Positions 16,321 to 26,340 of a DNA stretch of 53,421 bases are shown piece after piece. How positions within the stretch are numbered: position 1 is the stretch's first letter; each line of letters begins with the position of its first letter. Source of the DNA: a virus (taxonomy: Duplodnaviria > Caudoviricetes); IMG/VR virus record IMGVR_UViG_3300013126_002137, positions 1-53,421 of that record; one strand, given 5' to 3'. The notes beneath the pieces are model-generated. The model ran no database searches, had not been told where the DNA came from, and worked only from the letters and a program-made list of their open reading frames with translations. The position numbers and the translations under genes were made by a program.

Positions 16321-16747
16321 TTGGGATAAAAAATTCATAAAGTTATGTAAACACATATCTGGATGGAGTAAAGATAAGAATAGAAAAGTTGGTGCGGTTA
16401 TCGTAGATAATGATAATATTGTGTTATCAATGGGTTATAACGGAATACCTAGAGGTTGTGATGATAATGTAGGTTGTCGATATGAACGACCAACTAAATA
16501 TTTATTTACAGAACATGCTGAAAGAAACGCAATATATCATGCAGCAAGACACGGTGTGTCATTAAAAGGTTGTAGATTATATGTAACTTTGTTTCCGTGT
16601 GCGGATTGTGCAAGAGCATTGATACAATCTGGTATGACAAAAATAATAGCTCCAGAACCAGATGTAACGCATGAAGTGTGGGGAGAACATTTCAAAGCTG
16701 CAATACAAATGATGGAAGAAGCTAACATTGATATAAAATTAATTTAA
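16313..16747 (+). CDS. dCMP deaminase
   Basis: HAERNAI, PCADC, GYNG. Confidence 0.93.
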   Translation: MDNWDKKFIKLCKHISGWSKDKNRKVGAVIVDNDNIVLSMGYNGIPRGCDDNVGCRYERPTKYLFTEHAERNAIYHAARHGVSLKGCRLYVTLFPCADCARALIQSGMTKIIAPEPDVTHEVWGEHFKAAIQMMEEANIDIKLI

Positions 16748-16923
16748 TGGAAACTGTAAAAGTTGGTATCGCCAATGTTGGCGAAAAAAATCTAAAATTA
16801 GAAGATGTATCTAAGTGGGAACCTAAAAATGTGTTGTATGCTGGTGATACTGTTTTTTTCAAACATGATGATGCATACTATTCAATGAATACTATGGATT
16901 TTAGAAAAATATTTAAATCATAA
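16747..16923 (+). CDS. Hypothetical protein (58 aa)
   Basis: METVKVGIANV...FRKIFKS fills the gap with TAATG coupling; not in the ORF track. Confidence 0.65.
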   Translation: METVKVGIANVGEKNLKLEDVSKWEPKNVLYAGDTVFFKHDDAYYSMNTMDFRKIFKS

Positions 16924-16926
16924 GAG

Positions 16927-17370
16927 ATGGGTGTAGTAAATTCAATTAAAATCAATCACTTCAAATATAAAGAAGAGAGGGGTTGGGATAAGACGTTTTG
17001 GTTTTTTGATATTCATTCAACAATTTTAAAACCAAATTACACATTTGGTGATATACCAAAAGAATTTTATCCACATGCTAAGGAGACATTACAAACACTT
17101 AGTAGATTATCAGATGTAGAACTTATAATTTATACATGTTCACATCCACATGAAATTGAACAATATTTAGAGTTTTTTAAAGCTAATGATATCGATTTCA
17201 AATATGTAAACGAGAACCCAGAAGTAAAAACTCAATTGAATGGGTATGGGTATTACGATAAAAAACCATACATGAACGTTTTGTTTGAGGATAAAGCTGG
17301 TTTTGATGCTGAAACAGAATGGTTAGAGGTTTTAGAGTTGATTAAATCACACTATGGCGAGAATATCTGA
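16927..17370 (+). CDS. HAD-like protein
   Basis: FDIHSTI, YTCS, VNENPE, FEDKAGF. Confidence 0.7.
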   Translation: MGVVNSIKINHFKYKEERGWDKTFWFFDIHSTILKPNYTFGDIPKEFYPHAKETLQTLSRLSDVELIIYTCSHPHEIEQYLEFFKANDIDFKYVNENPEVKTQLNGYGYYDKKPYMNVLFEDKAGFDAETEWLEVLELIKSHYGENI

Positions 17371-17722
17371 CATACAAAAATACAATAGTGCTAGAAAAGA
17401 CCAAACCAGGGATAAAGCAGATTTTGAAACGTTAAGATTTGAAAATGAGCAAGGTGAAATTATGGTTGTAAAACCACAAGAAGTTAGAGATGTTTTACAT
17501 GATTTTATAGAAAGTGAGATAGGTGTTTTAGGTGATGGTATGAGAACTCGTATGAAAGAACGCTTGGAGTTTAAAATGAGACAAGTAGAGTATGAGCTTA
17601 AAATACATGTCGAAGATAAAATTAATAAATTGACTGAAAGTATCTTAGAGAAAACTATTGATAGAATAGTTGAAGAAGAAGTTAACAGAAGAGTTTTAGA
17701 AAAATTAAAAAAATGTTTATGA
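17354..17722 (+). CDS. Hypothetical coiled-coil protein
   Basis: Operon-packed ORF. Confidence 0.7.
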   Translation: MARISDIQKYNSARKDQTRDKADFETLRFENEQGEIMVVKPQEVRDVLHDFIESEIGVLGDGMRTRMKERLEFKMRQVEYELKIHVEDKINKLTESILEKTIDRIVEEEVNRRVLEKLKKCL

Positions 17723-18036
17723 AAATAAAAAGAATAGTTGGAGTAATACTTTTAACAATCATATTACTCATATGTTTATTAACCAGTTGTGCTGATGTAT
17801 CACATGTGCAACAATGTTTACCACCAACTGAACACACGTATGGATTTTGGGGTGGAACTTGGCATGGTATAATAATGGTACCATCATTTATAGGTAGTCT
17901 TATTTGGGATGATGTTGCAGTGTATGCGATAAATAATAATGGTGCTTGGTACAATTTTGGGTTTGTTGGTGGATTTTTCTTTATGATAAGAATTATTTCA
18001 TTAGCAATAAAAGGTTATAGGACAACAAAAAAATAA
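17713..18036 (+). CDS. Lipoprotein/membrane protein
   Basis: Signal with LTSC lipobox; GFWGGTWHG...YAINNNGAWYNFGF. Confidence 0.75.
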   Translation: MFMKIKRIVGVILLTIILLICLLTSCADVSHVQQCLPPTEHTYGFWGGTWHGIIMVPSFIGSLIWDDVAVYAINNNGAWYNFGFVGGFFFMIRIISLAIKGYRTTKK

Positions 18037-18038
18037 AT

Positions 18039-18146
18039 ATGAAAAAGAAAGTAGTAGTATTCAGCGGTGCTGGATTAGATAGAGAGTCTGGGGTTTTAAC
18101 ATTCCGTGATTGTAAAGATGGGTGTTTTAATTTTTTTAACTATTAG
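18039..18146 (+). pseudogene. 5' stub of a sirtuin gene
   Basis: MKKKVVVFSGAGLDRESGVLTFRDCKDG then unrelated sequence and stop; duplicates the N-terminus of 19008. Confidence 0.9.
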
Positions 18147-18201
18147 TTTACCTTTTGAATGTTTTTACACCATATTTAGATATTTATAATAAAACGATAT
18201 T

Positions 18202-19011
18202 ATGGAAAATAAATTAACTGGTGTTATATATAAAATCACATCACCAAATAATAAGGTTTATATTGGTCAAACAATAAACTTTGAACAAAGATGTAGAAAA
18301 TATAAATACCAAGCTTTTAAAGGTCAAATAAAGCTTTGGAATAATTGTCAAAAATATTTATGGAACCCAATTAATACGATTGAAATCATTGAGATTTGTA
18401 GACGTGATATATTGGATGAAAGAGAAAGATATTGGATAAATGAGTATAACAGTTATATTGATGGGTTAAATTCTGATTTAGGTGGTAAAACAAGAAAAGG
18501 TTTTAAACATAGTGAGGAAACTAAAGAAAAATTAAAACTAGCAAATACTGGTAATAAACATAGTGATGAAACTAAGAAAAAAATTAGCGAAGCTGCTAGA
18601 AATATGAGTGAAGAAACTAAGAAAAAAATAAGTGACGGTAATAAAGGTAAAATCATAACTGATGAACATAAAAAACTGATTAGTATGTCAAATACTGGTA
18701 GAAAATTAACTGAAGAACAAAAAGAAAAAATTAGTAAAGCGAATATTGGGAATAAAAAAATGTTAGGGAAAACCCACGATGATGAAACTAAAAAAAAAAT
18801 AAGTGAGTCTAAAAAAGGTGTGTCAAACATATTAAAGAAAATTAAAATAATCTGTGTGACTACTGGTGAAATATATGAATCAGCGACAGATGCTGGTAAA
18901 ATTTTAGGTATTAAACAATCTAATATTTCTAGAGTTTGTTTAAAACAACGTAAAAGTTATAAAGGGTTAGTTTTTATGTTTTATGATGAATATTTAATAA
19001 ATTTAAGATGA
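18202..19011 (+). mobile_element. Free-standing GIY-YIG homing endonuclease with NUMOD3/NUMOD1 repeats
   Basis: GVIYKITSPNNKVYIGQT; repeated HSEETKxKIS; C-terminal CVTTGEIYESATDA. Confidence 0.92.
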
Positions 19012-19781
19012 AGGAAAAAAATAAAAAAATTGTGGTTTTCTCTGGGGCTGGTCTCGATGCTGAAAGTGGTGTTGAAACGTTTAGAGGTTTAAAAAATTCT
19101 ATGTGGAATAACTACAAGATTGACGAAGTGGCAACCAAAGAAGCTTGGTCTAAAAATCGTGAAAAGGTTTTAGATTTTTATAACGAAAGACGTAGAGAAT
19201 TACCTAACGTTGAACCAAATGAAGCACATAAAGCTTTGGTTAAATTAGAAGAAAAATATCGAGTAATTAATGTAACACAAAATGTTTCTGATTTATTAGA
19301 ACGTGCTGGTGCTAGTGATATTATTCATTTACATGGTGAGTTAACAAAAGCTAGAGGTTGTTATCATAAATCAGAAGGTTTCGATACAAAATACATTGTA
19401 AAAGAAATTGGTTATAATGATATAAGAATAGGTGATAAGTGTGAATACACTGATTCACAATTACGACCACATATTTGTTGGTTTGGGGAATGGCCATACG
19501 ATACAGAAAGAGCGTATGATGAAGTAGCTTTCGCTGACATTCTTATCATTGTGGGTACTAGTTTAGAAATTTCATATACTTTATCTATGTTAGGTCAATT
19601 AAGACATAAATTTTTAACTGGTGAGTGTGAAGTATATTATGTAGACCCTAACCCATCAACACACATGGAAGCTTATGGTGTTAAACCAACTTACATTAGA
19701 AAAGTGGCAAGTGAAGGGTTAAATGAATTGGTTGAGGATTTATTAAATAGAGAAGAAAATGAAAAAATTGTTGTTAATTAG
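19008..19781 (+). CDS. cobB: Sir2/CobB NAD-dependent deacylase
   Basis: GAGLDAESGVETFR, TQNV, HLHG, RPHICWFGE, VGTSL. Confidence 0.93.
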   Translation: MKEKNKKIVVFSGAGLDAESGVETFRGLKNSMWNNYKIDEVATKEAWSKNREKVLDFYNERRRELPNVEPNEAHKALVKLEEKYRVINVTQNVSDLLERAGASDIIHLHGELTKARGCYHKSEGFDTKYIVKEIGYNDIRIGDKCEYTDSQLRPHICWFGEWPYDTERAYDEVAFADILIIVGTSLEISYTLSMLGQLRHKFLTGECEVYYVDPNPSTHMEAYGVKPTYIRKVASEGLNELVEDLLNREENEKIVVN

Positions 19782-20046
19782 TATTTTTATTAGTATATTC
19801 GCATCATGTACTAATAACGAATTAAAAAAATCTGATGAGTATTGGGATTCACAAACAATGTTCATAGTGAAAGATATTCGTAAAGAAAAAGGAATGAAAA
19901 AATTTGTTGTTTATACTATTGAAGTTGTTGATGCAAACGGTTTTTCTTATGACCACAACAGCAGCAGCAATAATTTAGAGTTTGATTTTACTGACACAAT
20001 AAATAAATATAAGGTTGGACAAGCTGTCCATTTTACTAACTATTAA
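19759..20046 (+). CDS. Putative lipoprotein
   Basis: Signal peptide with FASC lipobox. Confidence 0.7.
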   Translation: MKKLLLISIFISIFASCTNNELKKSDEYWDSQTMFIVKDIRKEKGMKKFVVYTIEVVDANGFSYDHNSSSNNLEFDFTDTINKYKVGQAVHFTNY

Positions 20047-20058
20047 AAAAAAAAGAAC

Positions 20059-20436
20059 ATGGCACATTATGTATTTGAAGGGGTTATAAAAGATATCTTT
20101 GATACCCAAGAATTTAAAAACAATTTCAAAAAAAGAGAAATTATCGTATCAACAACAGAAGAATATCCACAAGATATCAAGTTTGAATTTACTGATGAAA
20201 CTGGTATTAACAAATTGGATGATTATAGTGTTGGTGAAGCAGTTAAAATTGCTTTTCAATTGAAAGGTAGTGAATGGCAAGGTAAATATTTCACTAACTT
20301 GAGAGGTATCGCTATTTCTTCTTATAATGAAGAAAAGAAATTTGCTGAAAAACAAGCTAAAGAGAGTAAGACTAAAAAAACAAAAGATGCACCGATAACT
20401 TTTGTTGATAACGATGGAGATGATTTACCATTCTAA
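20059..20436 (+). CDS. DUF3127-like OB-fold protein with SSB-like tail
   Basis: FKKRE...EEYPQ...GSEWQGKYF; C-terminal DDLPF. Confidence 0.85.
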   Translation: MAHYVFEGVIKDIFDTQEFKNNFKKREIIVSTTEEYPQDIKFEFTDETGINKLDDYSVGEAVKIAFQLKGSEWQGKYFTNLRGIAISSYNEEKKFAEKQAKESKTKKTKDAPITFVDNDGDDLPF

Positions 20437-20438
20437 TT

Positions 20439-20795
20439 ATGAGTGTAATTAAATTTGAATTAAAAGAAGAACACGTAAAACTATTAAAACATTTACGTTG
20501 GAGTAAAGATAAGGCAAATCTTATCGTAAACATATCTGATGATGAAGACTCAGTACCATTTGGTTTTGATAGTATCTATGAAGCTATTGATACAATTTTA
20601 AACGGTATGCCAGAAGATTTTGACCCATTTGAAAAGTATGATGCTATTGAATATTCAAATGAGCAAAAAGCTGAATGGGATAAATTATACGATGAACTAC
20701 CGTTGGCTTTAGATGTCATTCTATTTAATCAATCATTTGATTTGGGGAATTATAAAACCAAGTATAACGACAGAAATTGGAAAAAGATGAATTAA
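20439..20795 (+). CDS. Hypothetical protein
   Basis: Operon-packed ORF. Confidence 0.75.
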   Translation: MSVIKFELKEEHVKLLKHLRWSKDKANLIVNISDDEDSVPFGFDSIYEAIDTILNGMPEDFDPFEKYDAIEYSNEQKAEWDKLYDELPLALDVILFNQSFDLGNYKTKYNDRNWKKMN

Positions 20796-20862
20796 TTTTC
20801 ATCTTTTTTTGTTTAAATGAAAAATTATTCATACATTTGTATTATATAAAATTTAAATAACT

Positions 20863-21057
20863 ATGAAACACGAAAAAAGTTTTTGTATTATCAAAAGAAT
20901 GACACAACAAAATAACAACAGACCATTAAATGTTGTTTTAATTGATTCTAGCAATGAGGTGTTAGAATTTAACACCAGAGAAGAAGCTGAAAATTGGGCT
21001 AAAATATTAACACAGAACTCTGACTCTGGTTGGGAGTATATCGTAAAAGAAATATAA
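20863..21057 (+). CDS. Hypothetical protein
   Basis: After promoter 20832. Confidence 0.65.
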   Translation: MKHEKSFCIIKRMTQQNNNRPLNVVLIDSSNEVLEFNTREEAENWAKILTQNSDSGWEYIVKEI

Positions 21058-21058
21058 T

Positions 21059-22108
21059 ATGACACAATATTTATTATTTGTCTTAGATGGCAAAACAGAC
21101 TTAGCTGAAACTATTATGCAATCAACTAACTTATTTAGTCCAGAGAACGAGATAACTTTAGGTTATTTGAATAAACAAAAATTCTCTGACGGTGAGTTGT
21201 GTGTTGATTTTACAGACTCAGTGAGGGGCAAAACAGTGTTTTTGTTATCTAGCCCAGACACCTCAGATGCTATCATAAGTTTAGCATTAGCTATTGATGC
21301 CGCTAAACGTGGTGCTGCTAGAGAAATTATACCTATCTTACCATACTTTCCGTATGCTAGACAAGATAAAAAAGACCAATCACGTGGACCAATTGGTGCC
21401 AAAGTAATGGCTGAAATAATTGAGCAACGTGGTGCTACGTCAGTAATCACTTTTGATTTACATGCTGACCAAATACAAGGGTTTTTCAATATACCAGTTA
21501 CGCACATTGAAGGTAAACACGTATTTGACAGTTATATCTATGATACAACACAAAATCTTGAAGGTGAGATAGTATTGTGTGGTCCAGATGCTGGTTCTGG
21601 TAAACGTGTTAAACGTATGCGTGACCAAGTAAACAAACGATATGGTGTTAACTTAAACATTGTCATGATTGATAAAACCAGAAAACAAGCAAACGTTATC
21701 GATGAAATGATTATTATTGGTGATGTAAACGGTAAACACGTTTTGATATTAGATGATATGGTTGATACTGCTGGTACGTTATGTAAAGCAGCTGAAGTGT
21801 TGAAAAAAGCTGGTGCTTTATCTGTTAGGGCGATTATAGCACATGGTGTTTTATCTGGACCAGCAGTTGAAAGAGTTGGTGAGGGTGAATTGTCTGAATT
21901 AGTTATTAGTGATTCACTTACTATGAAATCAGCCAACGAATTGTGCCAAAAAGAATTTGATGAAACAAAATGTCATCACATCATTAAAGGTTGTAAAAAA
22001 ACAACTGTTATTAGCGTAGCGGAACAAATTGGTTTAGCTGTTTCAGCATCAATAAACAATTTAAGTTACGAAGTATTAAATAAATTAAAGCTGTTTACTA
22101 ATGAATAA
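21059..22108 (+). CDS. prs: Ribose-phosphate pyrophosphokinase
   Basis: FSDGE, PYFPYARQDK, DLHADQIQGFF, PDAG, DDMVDTAGT. Confidence 0.95.
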   Translation: MTQYLLFVLDGKTDLAETIMQSTNLFSPENEITLGYLNKQKFSDGELCVDFTDSVRGKTVFLLSSPDTSDAIISLALAIDAAKRGAAREIIPILPYFPYARQDKKDQSRGPIGAKVMAEIIEQRGATSVITFDLHADQIQGFFNIPVTHIEGKHVFDSYIYDTTQNLEGEIVLCGPDAGSGKRVKRMRDQVNKRYGVNLNIVMIDKTRKQANVIDEMIIIGDVNGKHVLILDDMVDTAGTLCKAAEVLKKAGALSVRAIIAHGVLSGPAVERVGEGELSELVISDSLTMKSANELCQKEFDETKCHHIIKGCKKTTVISVAEQIGLAVSASINNLSYEVLNKLKLFTNE

Positions 22109-22235
22109 AAATAATTTTAACATAGATAATACAACCTTATTGCAAATTGCGTTGGTTGTTGGAATAGTAACCCTAGCAGCGTTGGGTGTGAACGGTTGGG
22201 GTTGGTTAGTTTTCGCACTAGTATTAACATTATAA
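22101..22235 (+). CDS. Small membrane protein (44 aa)
   Basis: MNKNNF...IALVVGIVTLAALGVNGWGWLVFALVLTL; not in the ORF track. Confidence 0.6.
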   Translation: MNKNNFNIDNTTLLQIALVVGIVTLAALGVNGWGWLVFALVLTL

Positions 22236-22245
22236 AAATAAAATT

Positions 22246-23133
22246 ATGAGTCACTTTTGCGTTTTAATAATTGGTGATGACATTGAAGAACAATTAGCTA
22301 AATTTGATGAGACTTTAGAGATGCCAAGGTATGTAAAACATACTAAAGAAGGGTTGATTGCTAAAGAAAGACAATCAATTGAAGAGTATAAAAACGGTAC
22401 GTATGCTGAATATTTGTCAGACCCAGTTAAATACGCTGAAAATTGTACGAATGAAGGTCATTTGAAATTTCTTAAAGAAGATTTTCCTAAGAGGTTAACT
22501 ATGACTGATGACGAAATCTATGAGTTGGCAACTAAATATTATGAACCAGAAGATATTGGTCCAGATGGTGAAGTATATTCAACTTATAACCCAGATTCTA
22601 AATGGGATTGGTATGAAGTTGGTGGTCGTTATGCTGGTCGTATTGCGGTGAAAGATGGTGTTGAAATTGAAGTACCTAATTTCTCATGGGGTTGGGACGA
22701 TGATAGTAAAGAGAAAGTAATTGCGATGGGTAATAAAACTGATTCAGCGTACAAAAGAGATATCGATTTCTCTAAAATGCATAGAACAGAAGAAGATTAC
22801 AAGGATGCATTACGTTATTGGGAATTAATTGTTGAAGGTGACAAACCTAAAAACAAAGAGGAAGAAGAAACAGTTAAGTGGTCTTTTTACAAACCAGAGT
22901 ATTATGTTAATAGATACAAGACAAAAGAGAAATATGCTGAATGTCATTCTTCATTTGCTATGTGGGCAGTTGTGAAAGATGGGGTTTGGTATGAGAAAGG
23001 TAAAATGGGTTTTTGGGCTATGTCTGATGAAACAGATGATGAAGCTGTTGATTGGGAAATGAATTTCTTCGACAGATTTATTAAAGATTTACCAGAGGAC
23101 ACGTTAATCACCGTTGTTGATTGTCACATTTAA
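22246..23133 (+). CDS. Hypothetical phage protein
   Basis: MSHFCVL...YNPDSKWDWYEVGGRY...VDCHI. Confidence 0.8.
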   Translation: MSHFCVLIIGDDIEEQLAKFDETLEMPRYVKHTKEGLIAKERQSIEEYKNGTYAEYLSDPVKYAENCTNEGHLKFLKEDFPKRLTMTDDEIYELATKYYEPEDIGPDGEVYSTYNPDSKWDWYEVGGRYAGRIAVKDGVEIEVPNFSWGWDDDSKEKVIAMGNKTDSAYKRDIDFSKMHRTEEDYKDALRYWELIVEGDKPKNKEEEETVKWSFYKPEYYVNRYKTKEKYAECHSSFAMWAVVKDGVWYEKGKMGFWAMSDETDDEAVDWEMNFFDRFIKDLPEDTLITVVDCHI

Positions 23134-23143
23134 AAAAAGTATT

Positions 23144-23362
23144 ATGGCTGAAGAAATAGAATACGAAGATAGAACATTCACTTTGAGTGCTGCACAAAAT
23201 AAAAAGTACAATGAATGGAGAAAAGAAAAAGGTGAAGTGTATGTAGGTGCCATTGGTGGTGCCTATTCATTTTGCTTCACACCAACTGGGTTGGGTTATA
23301 TGGTAGTAGTTAAATGTGCCGATGGTACAGAACTAGATTTAACTGAATATGAATATTGGTAA
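23144..23362 (+). CDS. Hypothetical protein
   Basis: GAIGGAYSFCFTPTGLG; ATG at 23144. Confidence 0.7.
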   Translation: MAEEIEYEDRTFTLSAAQNKKYNEWRKEKGEVYVGAIGGAYSFCFTPTGLGYMVVVKCADGTELDLTEYEYW

Positions 23363-23364
23363 TT

Positions 23365-24180
23365 ATGAAAGTAGCAGAAAGGATTAAATCATATTACGAA
23401 GATAGAACTAAAACATTCTTAATGAGAAGAATGATTACTATTATTCGTTTAGATGGAAAAGGTTTTTCCAAATGGACTAAAGGTCTACAAAAACCTTTTG
23501 ATGAAGGGTTTACGGATGACATGATTGAAACAGCAAAGTACTTGTGTGAAAACATTCAAGGTGCTAAATTTGCTTATGCTCAATCAGATGAAATCTCTAT
23601 TGTACTATCTGATTTTGATAACTTAGAATCACAAGCTTGGTTTGATTACAACGTTCAAAAGATGACTAGTATTGCTGCATCTATAGCAACTGCTAAGTTC
23701 AATCAATTAAGAATGTCAAGGTCATGTTCATATGGTCAGTTAGACCAAGATTATATCAATGATTTCAAAATAGCAATGTTTGATGCTAGAGTATTCCAAG
23801 TACCTACTGTTGATGAAATGGTTAACGTAATGATTTGGAGGCAGCAAGATGCCACTAGAAATAGTGTTAGTATGGCGGCAAGTGAATATTTTTCACACAA
23901 GTCATTAGAAGGTGTTTCATCTAACGATAAACAAGACCGTTTATTCCAAGAAAAAGGAATTAATTGGAATGATTATCCGACTAAATTCAAGAGGGGTACT
24001 GTCATCAAAAAAGAAGAAGTTACATTAGTTAAAAAAAGCGAATATATTTCTGATAAAACAACTGTTATTGATGATAGAATGATTTTTACTAGAAATGTTT
24101 GGGAAGCTGATGTCGATACACCTATCTTTACTCAAGATAAAGAGTATTTGTCTAATTTAATACCCACATCAAATGACTAA
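23365..24180 (+). CDS. thg1: Thg1-like tRNA(His) guanylyltransferase / 3'-5' polymerase
   Basis: IRLDGKGFS, AQSDEIS, FDARV, WRQQDATRNS. Confidence 0.92.
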   Translation: MKVAERIKSYYEDRTKTFLMRRMITIIRLDGKGFSKWTKGLQKPFDEGFTDDMIETAKYLCENIQGAKFAYAQSDEISIVLSDFDNLESQAWFDYNVQKMTSIAASIATAKFNQLRMSRSCSYGQLDQDYINDFKIAMFDARVFQVPTVDEMVNVMIWRQQDATRNSVSMAASEYFSHKSLEGVSSNDKQDRLFQEKGINWNDYPTKFKRGTVIKKEEVTLVKKSEYISDKTTVIDDRMIFTRNVWEADVDTPIFTQDKEYLSNLIPTSND

Positions 24181-24712
24181 CGAAGAACTATTTTGTGCTT
24201 GTGTAAAGGGTGACCCACAAGCACAAAGTTTCTTATATAAGAAATATCATAAAAATTTATTTAGTATATGTAAGAAATATTTTAACAATGAACATGACTC
24301 CATGGATTGTTTACAAGATGGGTTTATACATATATTTAGAAAACTAAAAACTGTTGACATAAACAATGTGTTAATACTAGGTAGTTGGTTACGTGTAGTT
24401 ATGAGAAACTATTGTTTAGATGTTGTTAGGAAAAAGAAAAGAGAACTTTATTTTGATAACATAGAGTATTTTACAAGTGAAATTACTAGCGAAGATGAGT
24501 TTGAACCATTAGTTTCACATAATACTTTATTAGAATTGATAGAAAACCTATCACCACAGTTTAAAAACGTGTTTATTATGTACGCACTTGATGATATGCA
24601 ACATAAAGACATAGCGGAAAAATTGGGGATTAGTGTAAATACATCTAAAACTAATTACCATAGAGCAAAAAAATCACTAAAAAAATCATTATATAGGTTG
24701 AAACTTATATAA
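24173..24712 (+). CDS. ECF-type sigma factor
   Basis: Region 2 DCLQDGFI...WLRVVMRNYCLD; region 4 HKDIAEKLGISVNTSKTNYHRAK. Confidence 0.92.
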   Translation: MTNEELFCACVKGDPQAQSFLYKKYHKNLFSICKKYFNNEHDSMDCLQDGFIHIFRKLKTVDINNVLILGSWLRVVMRNYCLDVVRKKKRELYFDNIEYFTSEITSEDEFEPLVSHNTLLELIENLSPQFKNVFIMYALDDMQHKDIAEKLGISVNTSKTNYHRAKKSLKKSLYRLKLI

Positions 24713-24759
24713 TTATTTAGTATTTTTGACAAAATAATATTGCCGATAAAAAAATACGT

Positions 24760-26340
24760 ATGAAGTTTAAAGAATTAACGGATGAAATCATTGAAAAAGC
24801 TAGACAAATCTATACTGATAAGAATATCAGTTGGGATAATAGGATGTCACTATTAACAGAGTTGTTTGGTCGTTCAGAAAGAACTGTCAGAAAATGGTGT
24901 TCTGAGAAATTAGGGTTTAAAGAAAAAGCAGAAGTTGAACCAGAACAGTACACTCAAGCAAAAAGTAGAGTGTTTGATAAAGAAAAAAAGAGGTTTATCA
25001 TCACTTGGGCGCAAAACAACACACCAGTACACACTAAGTTTCTTAAAAACATAGAAAAGTATGCTGAATTTATCGAAGCTGATATACATGTCATAGCTGG
25101 TAGATATAAAAACCCAACTAGTGTTTGGACAAACCAACAAGAAAGTGAAGAATTTTGGGATGATAAAGTGGTTAAATACTTAGATGCAAATAGACACGAC
25201 ATACATAAATACGTATCTATACTATCTGATATTAAAATACCACCTACAGCTGTTAACCCAATGACTGGTATGCAAGCGTTAAGTGGTGTTAATTCTTGTG
25301 TTTTCGGAAGCCCTAAAGTACAAATGGAAATGATACCAGTGTTAGATGGTAATGTACCTAAAATGATGTTGACTAGTGGTTCTATTACTATGCAAAATTA
25401 CACGGATTCAAAGTCTGGTAAAGTTGGCGAGTTTCATCATACGTTTGGGTTTGTCATTGTTGAGATAAAGGATGATGAAATATTCTTTGCTAGACAAGTA
25501 ACCGCTGATGATAAAACTGGTAATTTTTCTGATTTATGTTATAGGGTTGAGAATGGGGATGTTAAAAACATTAACAAATTAGAAGCGATTGTATTAGGTG
25601 ATTTACATTGTGGACATCATGATGATAAAGTATTGGAGACAACTATCAATATGATGTATAAGATGCTACCTAAACACGTAATATTACATGATGTTTTTGA
25701 TGGAGATTCAATCAGTCATCACCAAATGAAAGACCCATTTGTTCAGTATGGTAAAGAAGTACAAGGTACAAACGATTTGGGTAAAGAAATTGATGAAATG
25801 ATGGATGTGTTAGATAACTTTAAAGAGTTTGAAAACGTTGTAATTGTTCGTTCAAACCATGATGACTTTGTTGACAGATGGTTAAAGAATGAGGATTGGA
25901 AGAAACAACCAACATTCAAAAATGCACCATTGTATATGGATTTAAGTGCTAGGTTGTTAAGACAACACGGTACTGGTGATGAAGTTATAGGTGTTATTCC
26001 AGAACTAATCAAAGAAAGATTCCCTAAGTTTATTACGTTAGGGAGAAGTGCTTCTTATAGAGTAAAAGACTGGGAATTAGGACAACATGGCGACATTGGT
26101 TCTAACGGAAGTAGGGGTTCATTGTTACAGTTTAGAAAACTTAATACTAAAATTATAGTTGGACACTATCATTCTCCAGGTCGTAAAGATGGTGCAATAG
26201 CTGTTGGTACATCTACAACTTTAAGAGTTGGGTATAACAATGGGCCAAGTACTTGGTTACAAAGCCATGTTATCATTCACACTGATGGTAGAGCACAACA
26301 TGTTAATTTTATAAATGGTGAATACACAACATTAGGATAA
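24760..26340 (+). CDS. Large phage protein with N-terminal HTH and C-terminal metallophosphoesterase-like domain
   Basis: SERTVRKW; LGDLH, LHDVFD, SNHD, GQHGD, GHYHS. Confidence 0.75.
   Translation: MKFKELTDEIIEKARQIYTDKNISWDNRMSLLTELFGRSERTVRKWCSEKLGFKEKAEVEPEQYTQAKSRVFDKEKKRFIITWAQNNTPVHTKFLKNIEKYAEFIEADIHVIAGRYKNPTSVWTNQQESEEFWDDKVVKYLDANRHDIHKYVSILSDIKIPPTAVNPMTGMQALSGVNSCVFGSPKVQMEMIPVLDGNVPKMMLTSGSITMQNYTDSKSGKVGEFHHTFGFVIVEIKDDEIFFARQVTADDKTGNFSDLCYRVENGDVKNINKLEAIVLGDLHCGHHDDKVLETTINMMYKMLPKHVILHDVFDGDSISHHQMKDPFVQYGKEVQGTNDLGKEIDEMMDVLDNFKEFENVVIVRSNHDDFVDRWLKNEDWKKQPTFKNAPLYMDLSARLLRQHGTGDEVIGVIPELIKERFPKFITLGRSASYRVKDWELGQHGDIGSNGSRGSLLQFRKLNTKIIVGHYHSPGRKDGAIAVGTSTTLRVGYNNGPSTWLQSHVIIHTDGRAQHVNFINGEYTTLG

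Noticed and set aside
18039-19011. Group I intron or intein explanation for endonucleases inside sir2, HAD and glycosylase genes
   Set aside because: Flanks are short and AT-rich with no intron core visible, frames are not continuous, and the downstream genes have their own complete starts.
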